A DNA stretch of 64,000 nt from Candidatus Dormiibacterota bacterium (GTDB lineage Bacteria; Chloroflexota; Dormibacteria; Aeolococcales; Aeolococcaceae): positions 96,001 to 160,000 of the forward strand of contig CAVPXI010000015.1 in assembly GCA_963709585.1 (NCBI GenBank), given 5' to 3'. The position numbers and the translations under genes were made by a program. Below the pieces are notes generated by a model. The model saw nothing but the letters and a program-made list of their open reading frames with translations. It did not search any database and was not told where the DNA came from. Below are positions 50,122-60,749 of this stretch, piece by piece; positions within the stretch are counted from its first letter, which is position 1, and each line of letters begins with the position of its first letter.

Positions 50122-51156
50122 ATGATGCCTTCCGCGGCGCAGCCGGAGCCCCCCGCGCGTCTATCCGCCGGGTACGAACCGGGGATCAATCGGGCACGCC
50201 TCCTCGAGGCCATCGCCTTCCAGTCGGAGGTCGCCGGCGCCGGAGCAGGCGCCAACGCGACGATCCGCGTCGTCACCGAGCGAGCCCAGCACTTGACCGA
50301 CGCCGATGCCGCGGTCTTTGAACTGGTGGATGGCGACGAATTGATCTCCCGGGCTGTGACTGGTGTCGCGGCGGTCAGCCTCGGTGCGCTGCTCAATGCA
50401 ACCGCGAGGATGTCGAGACTCGCTATCAGCAGCGGCGAGGTGCAGACGTGCTCCAACTCAGAGGTCGACGTCCGCGTGGATCGCATGGCGTGCCGTCGAG
50501 ACGACGTACGTTCAATTCTCTGTGTGCCGGTGTCCCACCGCTGCGAGAACGTCGGCGTGCTCACTGTGTTCTCGTCCTGCGCGTACGCCTTCGACGAAAC
50601 GGACGTCGCGGTGCTGCAGCTGCTCGGCGGGACCATCGCGGCGGCAATGACGCAGGCGCAGCTGATCGAACGCCTCGGTACCATCGCGCGTGCCGGGGCC
50701 CTGACAGGACTGCCCGACCGACGCGCGTTCGAGGAAGAGGCCGGTCGTCAGCTTGCCTTTGCTCGGCGCCAAGGACACACCCTCTGCTTCGGGCTCCTCG
50801 ACTTCGATCATGTCAACCGAACCGATGAGCTCCTCGAGCGCGCTCCCGGAGACCAGCTGCCCGACGAGACGGCGGCGCGCTGGCGAGGCGTGCTGCGCAC
50901 CGAGGATCTCCTTGGCCGCTGGCGAGATGGGCAACTCGCCATCCTCCTGCCGAACTGCACCACGAAAGATGCCGTCCAGTTCTGCTGGAGGCTTCGCGAG
51001 GAGGCCCCTGAAGAAGCCTTCTCAGCCGGCCTCGTCGCTTACCAGGGGACCGAGACCCTGCAGGAGCTCGTGGCGCGCGCAGACGCGTGCCTCCGTAGTG
51101 CCAAAGCGAAAGGCCGGGACAGGACGGTCGCCGAGGGTCTCGTCGACCTCGATTGA
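50122..51156 (+). CDS. GAF plus degenerate GGDEF domain protein
   Basis: GAF (RSILCVP, FDETD); LTGLPDRR; RTED I-site, but GGDEF is replaced by RDGQL. Confidence 0.8.
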   Translation: MMPSAAQPEPPARLSAGYEPGINRARLLEAIAFQSEVAGAGAGANATIRVVTERAQHLTDADAAVFELVDGDELISRAVTGVAAVSLGALLNATARMSRLAISSGEVQTCSNSEVDVRVDRMACRRDDVRSILCVPVSHRCENVGVLTVFSSCAYAFDETDVAVLQLLGGTIAAAMTQAQLIERLGTIARAGALTGLPDRRAFEEEAGRQLAFARRQGHTLCFGLLDFDHVNRTDELLERAPGDQLPDETAARWRGVLRTEDLLGRWRDGQLAILLPNCTTKDAVQFCWRLREEAPEEAFSAGLVAYQGTETLQELVARADACLRSAKAKGRDRTVAEGLVDLD

Positions 51157-51535
51157 GCCGTCGCTCACAGAACGAGACCTGCGACTGCCCTGAGGCCATC
51201 ACGCGCAGGGGGTCAGGCGCCTGGAACGCTGAGCCAAGGGAGCCTCGACGGCCGCGTCCAGATTCGTCAGAGACCTGCCGAAGCCCATATCGGCACTTCG
51301 TAACGCATGGCAACCAACTCTTCACACGTTGCCCGCAGTGACGCCGGGAACCGTCGCGGGACACACCGTCGGCGTCCAGGTCGGCTTCAACGGCACTCCC
51401 GACCACCTCCTGCCATAGCCACCGATACGACCCATGTCGGGCGGATCACCATTCGTTGTGATCTTCGAAATGGTCGTCGGGTCACGTGGCTCGTGGGCTG
51501 CCTCAGTACGCGGGCTGATCGTCGCCTCGGATCAG

Positions 51536-52496
51536 CTACCGCATACGCATCACCAGCCGGTAGGCCAGCGCGAAGAGCGCGAGCGCCAACACGACGAAGA
51601 TCGCCGCCTCGATCCCCTGGAAGAGCCAGAACCGCGCCGCCGGCTGGTAGTGCTGGATCGCGAAGATCTGGGGATAGCAGCCTGGGCCCGGTCCCTGACA
51701 GAATCCCCCGCTCGGAATTGGATGACCCGCGCCATCGACGAGAACGGTAGAACCCACTAACCAATCGGAGGAGGGATTCGGGCCGCTCGTTCCGAAGCTG
51801 AAGCCCGACTGACCCGCCAGGTTGGCGCGCGCCGCAAGGGGCGACAAATAGCGCGGACGAGCCAGCAGCGCCACGGCGATTCGGACGGCAATGAAGCCGA
51901 CCAAGGTGGCGGCGATCGCCGGCACCGTTCGGCGGATCAGTGCGCCAGCGGCCACCCCGAGAGCAAGCGCGAAAAGGGTGTATGCGATCAGCACAGGGGG
52001 GCCGATCTCGAAGCCGTCCCACAGGCTCAGAACTCCCGGCTAACCCCAGACCCCGCTGCATGCCGAACCAGCCCTGGCTCGCAGCCGCCAGGAGTGCGGT
52101 GCTGGATACCGTTCCAAGCACCAGCAACCCAAGCCCGCCGAGAAACCAGCGCCGCCGGGTGATCCCCTGGCTCCAAATCAGCAGGTGGGTGCCGCTCTCG
52201 AGCTCGCGCGCGACCAGGGGGGCGCCGACGAACACTCCGGCGAGCGCCGGGATCACCGTACCCGCGGCGGCGACCCACCACCACGCCGATTGGTAGCTGC
52301 TGCTGTATTGGTTCGGCAGCGACCCGCAGGTCGTGGCAACAACAAGCTGGCTCGTCTGCTGGCAGTTTCGGGAGATCTCGGCCAGGAGGCCGGAGCCGGC
52401 GACGGTGAGCAGCACGACACCGACACCCAGAACGAACAGAACGAGCAGCGCCAACGTTGCCTCCCACCGGTGTTGTCGCCACGTGAGCCAAGTCAT
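51536..52496 (-). CDS. ABC transporter permease, frameshifted at about 52035
   Basis: MTWLTWRQHR, GAPLVARELESGT, RRTVPA, YQPAARFW.FQ.IE. Confidence 0.85.
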
Positions 52497-53395
52497 TGGG
52501 CGGCTTCCTCGGCGACTGTCAGGGCTGGTCGAGCTCCGGCGTTCGGGTTCTCCAAATAAGCCAGCACCAACTCTTCGAGGCTAGGCTCCTGCGACCGCCA
52601 GCCCGGGGGCGCGACAGGGGGATCCCGCCTCACCAGGAGGGCGCTCTCCCGTTCGCTGTGCTGAGCACTGATCACGGTGGGGTCGGTCGACGCGACGGCC
52701 GGGTCAATCCGCGGACCGATGATGACGCGGTGGTCCTCGCGGATCGTGTCGATGTCGCCGGCGAGTTGCACGTGGCCTTCAGAGAGGATCACCACGTGAT
52801 CGCAAACACGCTCGATATCGGCGATGACGTGGGAGGAGAGCACGACGGTCGTCCCGTCGGCAGCCACAGCGTCGACCAGTTCGGCGAGAAAGTCGCGCCG
52901 CGCCACCGGATCCAACGACGAAGCAGGCTCGTCGAGGAGGAGCAACTCGGGGCGCTTGCCCAGGGCGAGCGCCAGGCTCACCTGGGCACGCTGACCGCCT
53001 GACAACATCCGGATGGGACGGTCGAGTGGGATGTCGCGCTTTCGAATCCGCTCGTGCGCTCCATGCTCGTCCCACTTCGGATTCAGCGCCCGGCCAATGT
53101 GCAGGGTGTCGGCGACCGTGAACCGAGCGTAGAGCGGACGATCCTGGGGCACGTAGCCCACCCGTCCGAGGACAAGGGCCGGCTGCCGCTGCGGCGACCA
53201 GCCGAGTGTCTCGATCCCACCCGCATCCGGGGCAAGGATTCCGATGGCGAGGTTGAGGAGCGTCGTTTTGCCCGCCCCGTTGGGGCCGATCAACGCGGTG
53301 ATCCGGGCGGTTGGAATCCGGAGACAGCAGTCGCGCAACGCCCAGGTGCGGCCGTATCGCTTGCCAAGAGCGGTTGCCTCGATCGCCGGTCTCAT
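52493..53395 (-). CDS. ABC transporter ATP-binding protein
   Basis: GPNGAGKT, LSGGQ, LLDEP, SSH, SLEELVLAY. Confidence 0.93.
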   Translation of the reverse strand: MRPAIEATALGKRYGRTWALRDCCLRIPTARITALIGPNGAGKTTLLNLAIGILAPDAGGIETLGWSPQRQPALVLGRVGYVPQDRPLYARFTVADTLHIGRALNPKWDEHGAHERIRKRDIPLDRPIRMLSGGQRAQVSLALALGKRPELLLLDEPASSLDPVARRDFLAELVDAVAADGTTVVLSSHVIADIERVCDHVVILSEGHVQLAGDIDTIREDHRVIIGPRIDPAVASTDPTVISAQHSERESALLVRRDPPVAPPGWRSQEPSLEELVLAYLENPNAGARPALTVAEEAAQ

Positions 53396-53787
53396 GCGAC
53401 CCCTTCCCGATAGGCGTCGACCATGGCCAACTCGAATAGTGCGGAAACAGCCTCTTGGCTCAAGCCGGCCTCTCTGGCCCGCGCCACCCACGCCTGAAGA
53501 GCCGGGCTCAGGTTGCGCTGCGTCGCAGCCGAGATCGGAGCCGGCGCCGTGTCCGCGATAAAGGTTCCGAGTCCTGGCCGGCTAAACGCGATGCCCTCGT
53601 GCTCCAGCTGGGTGTATGCCTTCAGGACAGTGTTGGGGTTGATGGCCAGGGAGGCGACGACCTCACGCGCAGCCGGCAGGCGGTCCCCTGGAGCCAGCAC
53701 CCCACGGAGCACCGCCCGCCTCACCTGCCGGACCAGCTGGGCGTACGCAGGCATCCCCGAGCCGAGCTCCAGTCGTAGGTGTATCAC
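53392..53787 (-). CDS. GntR (YtrA subfamily) regulator
   Basis: PAYAQL, GDRLP..RE..., INPNTV.KAY..LE, GLGTFI; short; heads an ABC operon. Confidence 0.92.
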   Translation of the reverse strand: MIHLRLELGSGMPAYAQLVRQVRRAVLRGVLAPGDRLPAAREVVASLAINPNTVLKAYTQLEHEGIAFSRPGLGTFIADTAPAPISAATQRNLSPALQAWVARAREAGLSQEAVSALFELAMVDAYREGVA

Positions 53788-53922
53788 TTCACTAGCTCCA
53801 TAGTGAATACTATAATAGACGTAGTTCGGAGGCACCGTCCGACTGCGCGACGACTTGGAAAGCACGTATGGGCAATCTGGAAGCCGAGTCGTTAGTTCCG
53901 GCCGCCCAGGCGTTCTATAGGC

Positions 53923-54162
53923 ATGAACGTCGACAAGTCCGCAACCACGATGATCCTATCCGCAATCGATTCGAGGGCTCGCTGGGCAGCCCGCTGGCTA
54001 CGGTCCCTGCGTGGCCAGGACGATGACGAGCGTGGTCAAGGGATGGTCGAGTACGCGCTCATCCTCGTCCTCATCGCCATCGTCGTGATCGTCGTCCTCC
54101 AGGTGGTCGGTCAGCAAGTCAACAACGTCTTCTCGAATGTGAGCAACGGCCTGTCCTCATAG
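53923..54162 (+). CDS. flp: Flp/Fap (Tad, type IVc) pilin
   Basis: ERG|QGMVEYALIL prepilin cleavage site and Flp motif; hydrophobic helix; 79 aa. Confidence 0.9.
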   Translation: MNVDKSATTMILSAIDSRARWAARWLRSLRGQDDDERGQGMVEYALILVLIAIVVIVVLQVVGQQVNNVFSNVSNGLSS

Positions 54163-54283
54163 GTCCGACCGAGGACAGCCACGGACGAAATCCTGCGCAA
54201 AGTCGATTTTGGGCGTGGCTGGGCTGTTCTCGATTCAGTTTGAATAGTCACGCCGCCCGGAGAGATGGACCGATGAACAGAGC

Positions 54284-55179
54284 TCAGCTCTGCTCGGGAG
54301 GAAGCGCCGCCAACTCGAGGCGACGCACGCGCTCGGGATCCGCAATCAGATCCATCTCAACGATCCTCCCGTCGCGGATCGCGAAGATGCCGACTCCGAA
54401 GAGCCGACCACGCGGCGCGACGACAACGCCCACCGCTCCATTGACGAGCGCCAGCCCGGTGAAACGAACGCCGCCCGACCATGCGAGGGCCCCCCGCGCC
54501 ACCGCCGCGGCGCCGCGGAGCTCTCGCGCCCCTGCCCCGCGCCCCGCGGTGCTATCGACCCGGAAGACGATGTCCGGGTCAAGCACTGCGAGCAGCCCGT
54601 CGAAGTCGCCGCTGCGCGAGGCGGCGAGAAAGGCGCTGACAACTTCCCGCTGCCGGGCGAGATCCGTCGGAGGAGTTGCCACGGAACCCCGAACCCGCCG
54701 GCGGGCGCGGCTCGCGAGCTGCCGCGCAGCCGCGGGCGTACGCCCGACAAGCGGCGCGATCTCATCGAAGGGCATGGCGAAGGTGTCGTGGAGCACGAAC
54801 GCGAGGCGCTCGGCGGGCGACAACGTTTCAAGAACGACGAGCAGCGCCAGCCCCACCGAGTTCGGCCATGAGCACCTCGTACTCGGGGTCGGTGCCATCT
54901 GTGCGAGCAAGCGCCGTCGCGGCGGAATAGGACGGCAGAGGTTCCTCGCGCCGCGACTTCCGGGAGCGCAGCATGTTCAAGCACACGCGCGCCACAACGG
55001 TCGTGAGCCATGCGGTGAGGTTCTCAACGCCGGACGCGCCGGAGCGGCTCAGCCGCAGCCAGGACTTCCTGCACCGCATCGTCCGCCTCGCTCAGCGAGC
55101 CGAGCATGCGGTAGGCCACGCCCCGCAGGCGGATGCGGTCGGCCTCGAATCGGTCTGCCAGCCATTGGTCCTGGTTCAT
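54284..55179 (-). CDS. sigJ: ECF41/SigJ-family sigma factor with SnoaL-like extension (frameshifts at about 55066 and 54862)
   Basis: LRGVAYRMLGS..EADDAVQE.WLR, AWLTTVVAR, LSPAERLAFVLHD, RQLASRARRRV, GDFDGLL.VLDPD, VNG..G. Confidence 0.85.
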
Positions 55180-55181
55180 CG

Positions 55182-55241
55182 GTCACATTCCCTCATCGCT
55201 CGGTGTCACCACATTGACCCGCGAAGCAGCACCGATGTGAC
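55182..55241. promoter_or_regulatory. Two opposed ECF41-type promoters (GTCACA-N16-TGTC on +, GTCACA-N16-GGTC on -)
   Basis: + at 55182-55207, - at 55216-55241; both match the known ECF41 consensus TGTCACA-N16-CGTC in spacing. Confidence 0.7.
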
Positions 55242-55298
55242 CACACGAGCAGCGCCGGCGTTGGCTCCGTCTCAACCTCGCGATCTGGAGGCCCTGCG

Positions 55299-56151
55299 AT
55301 GACATCACCAATCCTGGTTACCGGTGGCACCGGAACCCTCGGGCGCCACGTCGTCCGGCATCTGCGCGGCGCCGGTCGCGAGGTGCGCGTCCTCAGCCGC
55401 CACGGCGGAGAGCCAGAACCCGGCGTCCAGGCGGTGACCGCCGACCTGGTCACGGGCGACGGCGTTGACGAGGCGGTGCGCGGCGTCGAAACAATCGTCC
55501 ACTGTGCGGGTAACTTCAAAGGAGACGCAGCGATGACTGCCAACCTTTCGCGAGCTGCCTCGAAGGCAGGAGCACCGTATCTGGTGTACATCTCCGTCGT
55601 CGGCACCGACCGCGTCCCCGTGGTGGGGCTCGGCCGCCTCGCCTTCGCATACTTTGGTGCCAAGCGCGAGGCGGAACGGGTCGTCGCCGACTCGGGTTTG
55701 CCGTGGACGATTCTGCGCGCGACGCAGTTCTACGACCTTTTCCTCACGGTGTCCAAGGCGCTTGCGAAGCTTCCGCTGGCACCGATTCCGGCTGGCTTTC
55801 GCTTTCAACCAGTCGACGCCGACGAGGTGGCGGCACGAACTCGTCGAACTCGCTCTCGGCGGGCCCGCGGGCTTTGCGCCGGACTTCGGCGGCCCCCGCG
55901 TCTACGCGATGGTCGACCTCTTCCGGAGCTACCTTCGCGCCACCGGACGCCGCCGGGTCGTAGTGCCCGTATGGCTGCCGGGGACGTCGGCCCGCGCGGT
56001 GCGCGCCGGAGGCAACCGCGTCGCGCCTCGCGTCCCTTCGCCCCCGGCGGGCATCAAGACCTGGGAGGAGTTCCTGGTCGAGCGAACGACCATGGCGGGC
56101 GCCACGCCGTTGGAGGCAACATCGCCGGGAAGTATCGCTACCCATTCTTGA
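55299..56151 (+). CDS. NAD(P)H-binding atypical SDR/NmrA-like protein, frameshifted at about 55839
   Basis: ILVTGGTGTLG, YISVVG, Y..AK..AE, LRATQF, FQPVDA; second frame has DFGGP and G.KTWEEFL. Confidence 0.85.
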
Positions 56152-56373
56152 ACCCGTCTAACGCCGGGTACGGGCGTCCTCGTCTACATTCTGGCGATCT
56201 TCGTGTTCGCGCTTCTTGTATCCGCAGTTGACGTGTGGCTCGCAAATGCCCCCGAAGCCGCAACGGCGCCACTCGCGGCCTTTGGTAGGAGGACCCCAGG
56301 TACGTTCGTGGGATGTCTGGCCTGCGCGACCAACTCCTCATCTGCGGCGAACCACCTGGCCTTCACCCAATGA

Positions 56374-56817
56374 TCATGCTTTGGCGACGGCGAGCCGAGC
56401 GACGGCTCGCTCAGCGGCGTGCCGGACCCGAGCCACGGGATCTTCGCGCAAGCTCGCCACGTTGGTGAGCAGGTCCCCGACCAGGTGTCTAGCGACCACT
56501 TTGGCCGCCATCTCCCGCACTCGCCATGCATCGTCCAGGAGCGCCCCGCGGAGCGCGTCGACCGCCGTTCCGTCCCATGCCCACAGCAGACCGCGGGTCG
56601 CCCAAACGCGAAGCCACAGCATTTCGTCAGCGTGCGAGTTGCCCAGCAATATCTGCCGCGCCGAAGATCCACCCAGGATGATGATCAGCTGCCTATCGCT
56701 TCGATCGCCACCCAACAGGGCGACGCACCCCGACACGACTGCTTGCGTGCCGCGATCGGCGCATTGCGCTTCGATGCGCCGACGCGGAGTCGCTTCGGGG
56801 TGAGGTGTTGACGACAT
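56374..56817 (-). CDS. HEAT-repeat-containing protein
   Basis: L.DDAWRVREMAAKV and L.EDPVARVR.AA.RA repeats. Confidence 0.75.
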   Translation of the reverse strand: MSSTPHPEATPRRRIEAQCADRGTQAVVSGCVALLGGDRSDRQLIIILGGSSARQILLGNSHADEMLWLRVWATRGLLWAWDGTAVDALRGALLDDAWRVREMAAKVVARHLVGDLLTNVASLREDPVARVRHAAERAVARLAVAKA

Positions 56818-56869
56818 GAGCAGATCATCCACCCCTCGATTGCTGCCCCAGAATCGGGTACTCAGCGAG

Positions 56870-57808
56870 CTACCAGTTGACCCGGTCTGTCGATAGACCC
56901 GCTCGCTGCATTCTTTCCTGAGCCTCTTTGGGAGTGAGGATCAGGAATGGGTCCTCACCGCCGAGGCTCGCCTTCTTGGCTTCGAACGCGCGCGCCCAAA
57001 GGCCTGCTGCCCAGCTCTCCTCGATCCAACCCTTAGAGGGGGCGGCGCCCCGCGCCATCAAATAACCGTCAAGGAACTCCTCAGTCTGCTCGATCGTGGC
57101 GACCTCGCCGACTGGCCACACGGCGGCGGCTTGCCCCACGATGGCGGTCTCAGGCTGCGCAACCACACTGTCCCAGTCATGCACTGCGAGGAGTTTGTCG
57201 CCGTGCCACTGCAGATTCCCTGAGTAGTAGTCACCATGACCGACAACACAGGGCGACGCAATGCCGAGCAGGCGGGCCCGCGCCGACCGAGCGATGTCGT
57301 CGAGCCAAGGGTCGCCTTCATGAGCGTTCAGGTCACCGTCGCGATCGTCGGGCTCGGGCCAGAGCGCTTCGTCGCCGCGATCCCATCCAACCCACGGTGG
57401 TGACGGCGCCAGCGTTCCGATGTCGGACGGTGACGGCGCCGATCGAACCAGCAAGGCCAATCCCTCGGCGAAGCGCCGCGCCATCGGCACGTTAGGGGCC
57501 TGACCGCCGCCCTCAACCAACTGCTCAGCCGATAGTGCATAGCCGTCACCCCATCTGTCCGGGCCGACGAGCAGTTCCGGCGCCGGAAAGCCGGACGCGA
57601 ACAGTGCCCGCTGAACCTGAGCGCAAGCAACTAGGCGATCTTGCCATTCGCGGGCCTTCACCACGATCCGGCGACCGTTGAACAACTCGACGCCTACCAC
57701 TTGCGAAAGGTAGCCGCCCTCGAACAACGTCGCCGCCGGCCCAGATCCGAAGGACTCGACGCACCACGCTGTAATCGCGTTTGGCGTGATATTGGGGCGG
57801 CGCTGCAT
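56870..57808 (-). CDS. APH/choline kinase-like phosphotransferase
   Basis: VVKAR, GFPAP, Brenner motif HGDYYSGNL, VHDWD. Confidence 0.85.
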   Translation of the reverse strand: MQRRPNITPNAITAWCVESFGSGPAATLFEGGYLSQVVGVELFNGRRIVVKAREWQDRLVACAQVQRALFASGFPAPELLVGPDRWGDGYALSAEQLVEGGGQAPNVPMARRFAEGLALLVRSAPSPSDIGTLAPSPPWVGWDRGDEALWPEPDDRDGDLNAHEGDPWLDDIARSARARLLGIASPCVVGHGDYYSGNLQWHGDKLLAVHDWDSVVAQPETAIVGQAAAVWPVGEVATIEQTEEFLDGYLMARGAAPSKGWIEESWAAGLWARAFEAKKASLGGEDPFLILTPKEAQERMQRAGLSTDRVNW

Positions 57809-57923
57809 CGCTTCATATTGCCTGCGGTGAAAGCAGGTGTGGAATCACCGAGAAAGTAATCTCCGCGCTTGCACGCTCCCAGCCACCCGACGCCTGGCCA
57901 ATTCGGCTGGTGACGGGTCGCCC

Positions 57924-58472
57924 TTATAGGACGAAGGGCACGAGCATCTTGGTCGAGCGGCTATACGCCGGGTAAGTGTCGGGGAACTGGTCGGTCAGGT
58001 TGCGCTCCTCGATGGTCGCGCTATAGACGAAGTAGACCCCGGCCAGGGCCACGGCGATCAGCCAAGCCCAGCTGAGCGCCACGGCAGTGCCCACGCCAGC
58101 GACCAGGATGCCAGAGTAGATGGGATGGCGGACCAGACGATAGGGACCGCTGGTCACCAGGTCCGGGTCATCCTTCTGTGACATTGGGGTGCCCCAGTTG
58201 CGCCCGATGTTGATGCGGGCCCATACGGCGAACCCCAGTCCGACCGCGAAGAGCACGAGCCCGAGGCCAGCGCGCCACGGATCCGAGTTGAGGCCGTTGT
58301 TTTGGAAGGCCCCGAAGCGGAACAAGATGATCGCAAGGACGAAGATTACCGCCCTGATGCGCAGCTCGCGGGACCAAGCGACGCGCTCCCTCTTCATCGA
58401 GAAGGCTGCCACGAGCCAGTAGGTCCAGAATACGAGCCACCCTACGGCGAAGACGATTTCGACGGCGGACAT
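57924..58472 (-). CDS. Isoprenylcysteine carboxyl methyltransferase/PEMT family membrane protein
   Basis: WAR..IG.NW, LVTSGPY.LVRHPIY, EE..L..F...Y..Y. Confidence 0.9.
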   Translation of the reverse strand: MSAVEIVFAVGWLVFWTYWLVAAFSMKRERVAWSRELRIRAVIFVLAIILFRFGAFQNNGLNSDPWRAGLGLVLFAVGLGFAVWARINIGRNWGTPMSQKDDPDLVTSGPYRLVRHPIYSGILVAGVGTAVALSWAWLIAVALAGVYFVYSATIEERNLTDQFPDTYPAYSRSTKMLVPFVL

Positions 58473-58838
58473 GCGACTTCTACCATACCCGGCGATATGC
58501 CGCGAGGAGGCGCAAGGTATGGGGTCGTGGCAGAACGCGCGAGAAGCTGCTCCTCTGTGCCGCGCGCTGCTAGCGCGTTGCCGATTTCTACCTAGCGTTC
58601 GCTAACCGCGATCATCATCGTCCGCCGGATCATCAGTGGAAGGCTGGCAGCGTTACCGTGGTCCCCGAGCTTCAGGTACATCACGGACCTACCATATTGG
58701 AGCAGCGAATGACCGGGCGGACGTGTAATCCCCCGACGATGGCTATCGTGGACGCCGAGCGACTTCGCCAAATCGGACCGCCCTCCCTGGAGCGAGCATG
58801 AGTGTCACCCTCCCCGCGGATCCTGTCACCACAAACAT

Positions 58839-59795
58839 GTGGTGGACAATCGACGTGCGGTCATTCGAACGGTGGACCTGACCAAGATCTACACGGGGAC
58901 GGTGAAGGCAGTCGACAGCCTCAACCTGACTGTCTACCAGGGCGAGATATTCGGGCTGCTCGGTCCAAACGGTGCCGGGAAGACGACCACCGCGAGCATG
59001 CTCACCACACGGACCATCCCGACGCATGGTCAGGCGTTCGTCGGCGATGTGGACGTGGTCGTGCATCCGGCGATCGCCAAGCAGCTGATCGGTGTCGTGC
59101 CACAGACCAACACCCTCGATCGAGCGCTCACCGTCTGGGAGAACCTGTATTTCCACGGTCGGTTCTTCGGCATGGGAGCGCGTGCGTCGCGCGCGGCAGC
59201 CGACGAGATGCTCATGCGCTTCCGGCTCACCGAGCGCGCCAAGGCTCCGGTCATGGCGCTCTCCGGCGGGCTCGCCCAACGCCTGATGGTGGCTCGGGCC
59301 ATCGTGCACAACCCGGCCGTGCTCTTCCTCGACGAGCCGACCGCCGGTCTCGACCCGCAGAGCCGGATCGCGCTCTGGGAGATCCTCGGTGAGTTGCACA
59401 CCGGCGGGCAGACGGTCCTGCTGACAACCCACAACATGGAGGAGGCCGACAGCCTCTGCAATCGAATCGGCATCATGGACCACGGCAGGATCCTTGCCCT
59501 GGACACGCCGATTCGCCTGAAGGAGACTATCGGCGCGGACACGTTGGTCACGATCACCGCCGACGGTGATCTCGAAGCACTCGCGGCGCGGCTGCGTGAG
59601 GACGTTGCCGGCGTGCAATCGGCCGTGACACGCAAGGGAACCCTCCAACTCGCTGTTCGCGTAGGGGATCGGGTGCTGCTCCGAGTCATCGACAGCGCAG
59701 ACCGCGGGGGCTTCGTCGTCCGCGATGTCCAAGTTGCCGAGCCGAACCTCGAGACCGTGTTCATCAATCTGACCGGAAAGGAACTTCGCGAATGA
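58839..59795 (+). CDS. DrrA-like ABC exporter ATP-binding protein
   Basis: GPNGAGKT, LSGG, FLDEPTAGLDPQ, TTHNMEEA, PNLETVF..LTG; start uncertain. Confidence 0.92.
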   Translation: MVDNRRAVIRTVDLTKIYTGTVKAVDSLNLTVYQGEIFGLLGPNGAGKTTTASMLTTRTIPTHGQAFVGDVDVVVHPAIAKQLIGVVPQTNTLDRALTVWENLYFHGRFFGMGARASRAAADEMLMRFRLTERAKAPVMALSGGLAQRLMVARAIVHNPAVLFLDEPTAGLDPQSRIALWEILGELHTGGQTVLLTTHNMEEADSLCNRIGIMDHGRILALDTPIRLKETIGADTLVTITADGDLEALAARLREDVAGVQSAVTRKGTLQLAVRVGDRVLLRVIDSADRGGFVVRDVQVAEPNLETVFINLTGKELRE

Positions 59796-60679
59796 CCGCG
59801 GTCACGACCACCCAGGCGCATGTCGGCACGGCGCCCAGCCCCCCGCCCCTGCGCTCGTCGTTCACCTCTTCCCGGATCGCTTTCGGTGCGATGCTCCTGC
59901 GCGATCTGGTCGTGTTGAAGAAGCGGCTGCGTGAGTTCATTCCGCGCACGGTGATCCAGCCGTTCCTGCTTTGCTTCGTCTTCCTCTACGTCTTTCCGAC
60001 CATCGGTCAAGGAGTTGGCGGTGGCCATGGCGCAGCAGGAGAGTCGGCGTTCGCCACGATCCTGGTCGCGGGCGTCGTCGGTCTCTCGATCATGTTCCAG
60101 GGGATTCAGGCGGTGGCGCTGCCGATGGTCCAGGAGTTCGGCTACACAAAGGAGATCGAGGACCGCGTGCTCGCGCCGCTTCCCGTGTCGCTCGTCGCAA
60201 TCGAGAAGGTCCTGTTCGGGGCGATCCAGGGCCTGCTTGCGGCGGCGATCGTATTCCCGATAGCGGCTGTCGTCCACGCGACTGGGGTGCACATCAACCT
60301 CCAAGTGCACTGGCTCGAGTTGATCACACTGATTCCGCTCAGTTGCATCGCCTGTTCATCGCTGGGCCTGACGTTCGGCACGATCTTCGACCCGCGGACG
60401 GTGCCCTTGCTCTTCGGGATCATCATCCTTCCGCTGACGTTTCTCGGCGGAACGTACTACTCCTGGACCACGCTCGCGCCGGTGACGATCGGCGGGTTCC
60501 ACTGGTTGCAGATCCTCGTGCTCGTCAATCCGTTGATCTACATCAACGAGGGAATGCGCGGCGCGCTGACAAGTGCGCCGCACATGTCGCTCTGGGTGGT
60601 GTACCCGGTGCTGCTGGGATTCAGCGCGCTCTTCCTCTGGACTGGGACGCGCAACTTCCGGCGCCGTGTGATCAGCTGA
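59792..60679 (+). CDS. ABC-2 type permease (DrrB-like)
   Basis: LLRDL, EIEDRVLAP, NPL.Y..EG.R; ATGA overlap; 6 TMs. Confidence 0.9.
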   Translation: MTAVTTTQAHVGTAPSPPPLRSSFTSSRIAFGAMLLRDLVVLKKRLREFIPRTVIQPFLLCFVFLYVFPTIGQGVGGGHGAAGESAFATILVAGVVGLSIMFQGIQAVALPMVQEFGYTKEIEDRVLAPLPVSLVAIEKVLFGAIQGLLAAAIVFPIAAVVHATGVHINLQVHWLELITLIPLSCIACSSLGLTFGTIFDPRTVPLLFGIIILPLTFLGGTYYSWTTLAPVTIGGFHWLQILVLVNPLIYINEGMRGALTSAPHMSLWVVYPVLLGFSALFLWTGTRNFRRRVIS

Positions 60680-60749
60680 TGCGGGGAGGACGTCCCCCTT
60701 TCTAGCCGGTACGACAGGCTCACAAGGTGCAGCGTTGTATCCAAGATGA

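Noticed and set aside
51157-51535. Cobalamin riboswitch (CAGAGACCTGCC resembles its 3' box)
   Set aside because: No upstream conserved core, and it lies between convergent genes with nothing to regulate.
56870-57808. Aminoglycoside resistance gene
   Set aside because: Only generic APH/choline-kinase fold motifs; the substrate cannot be inferred.
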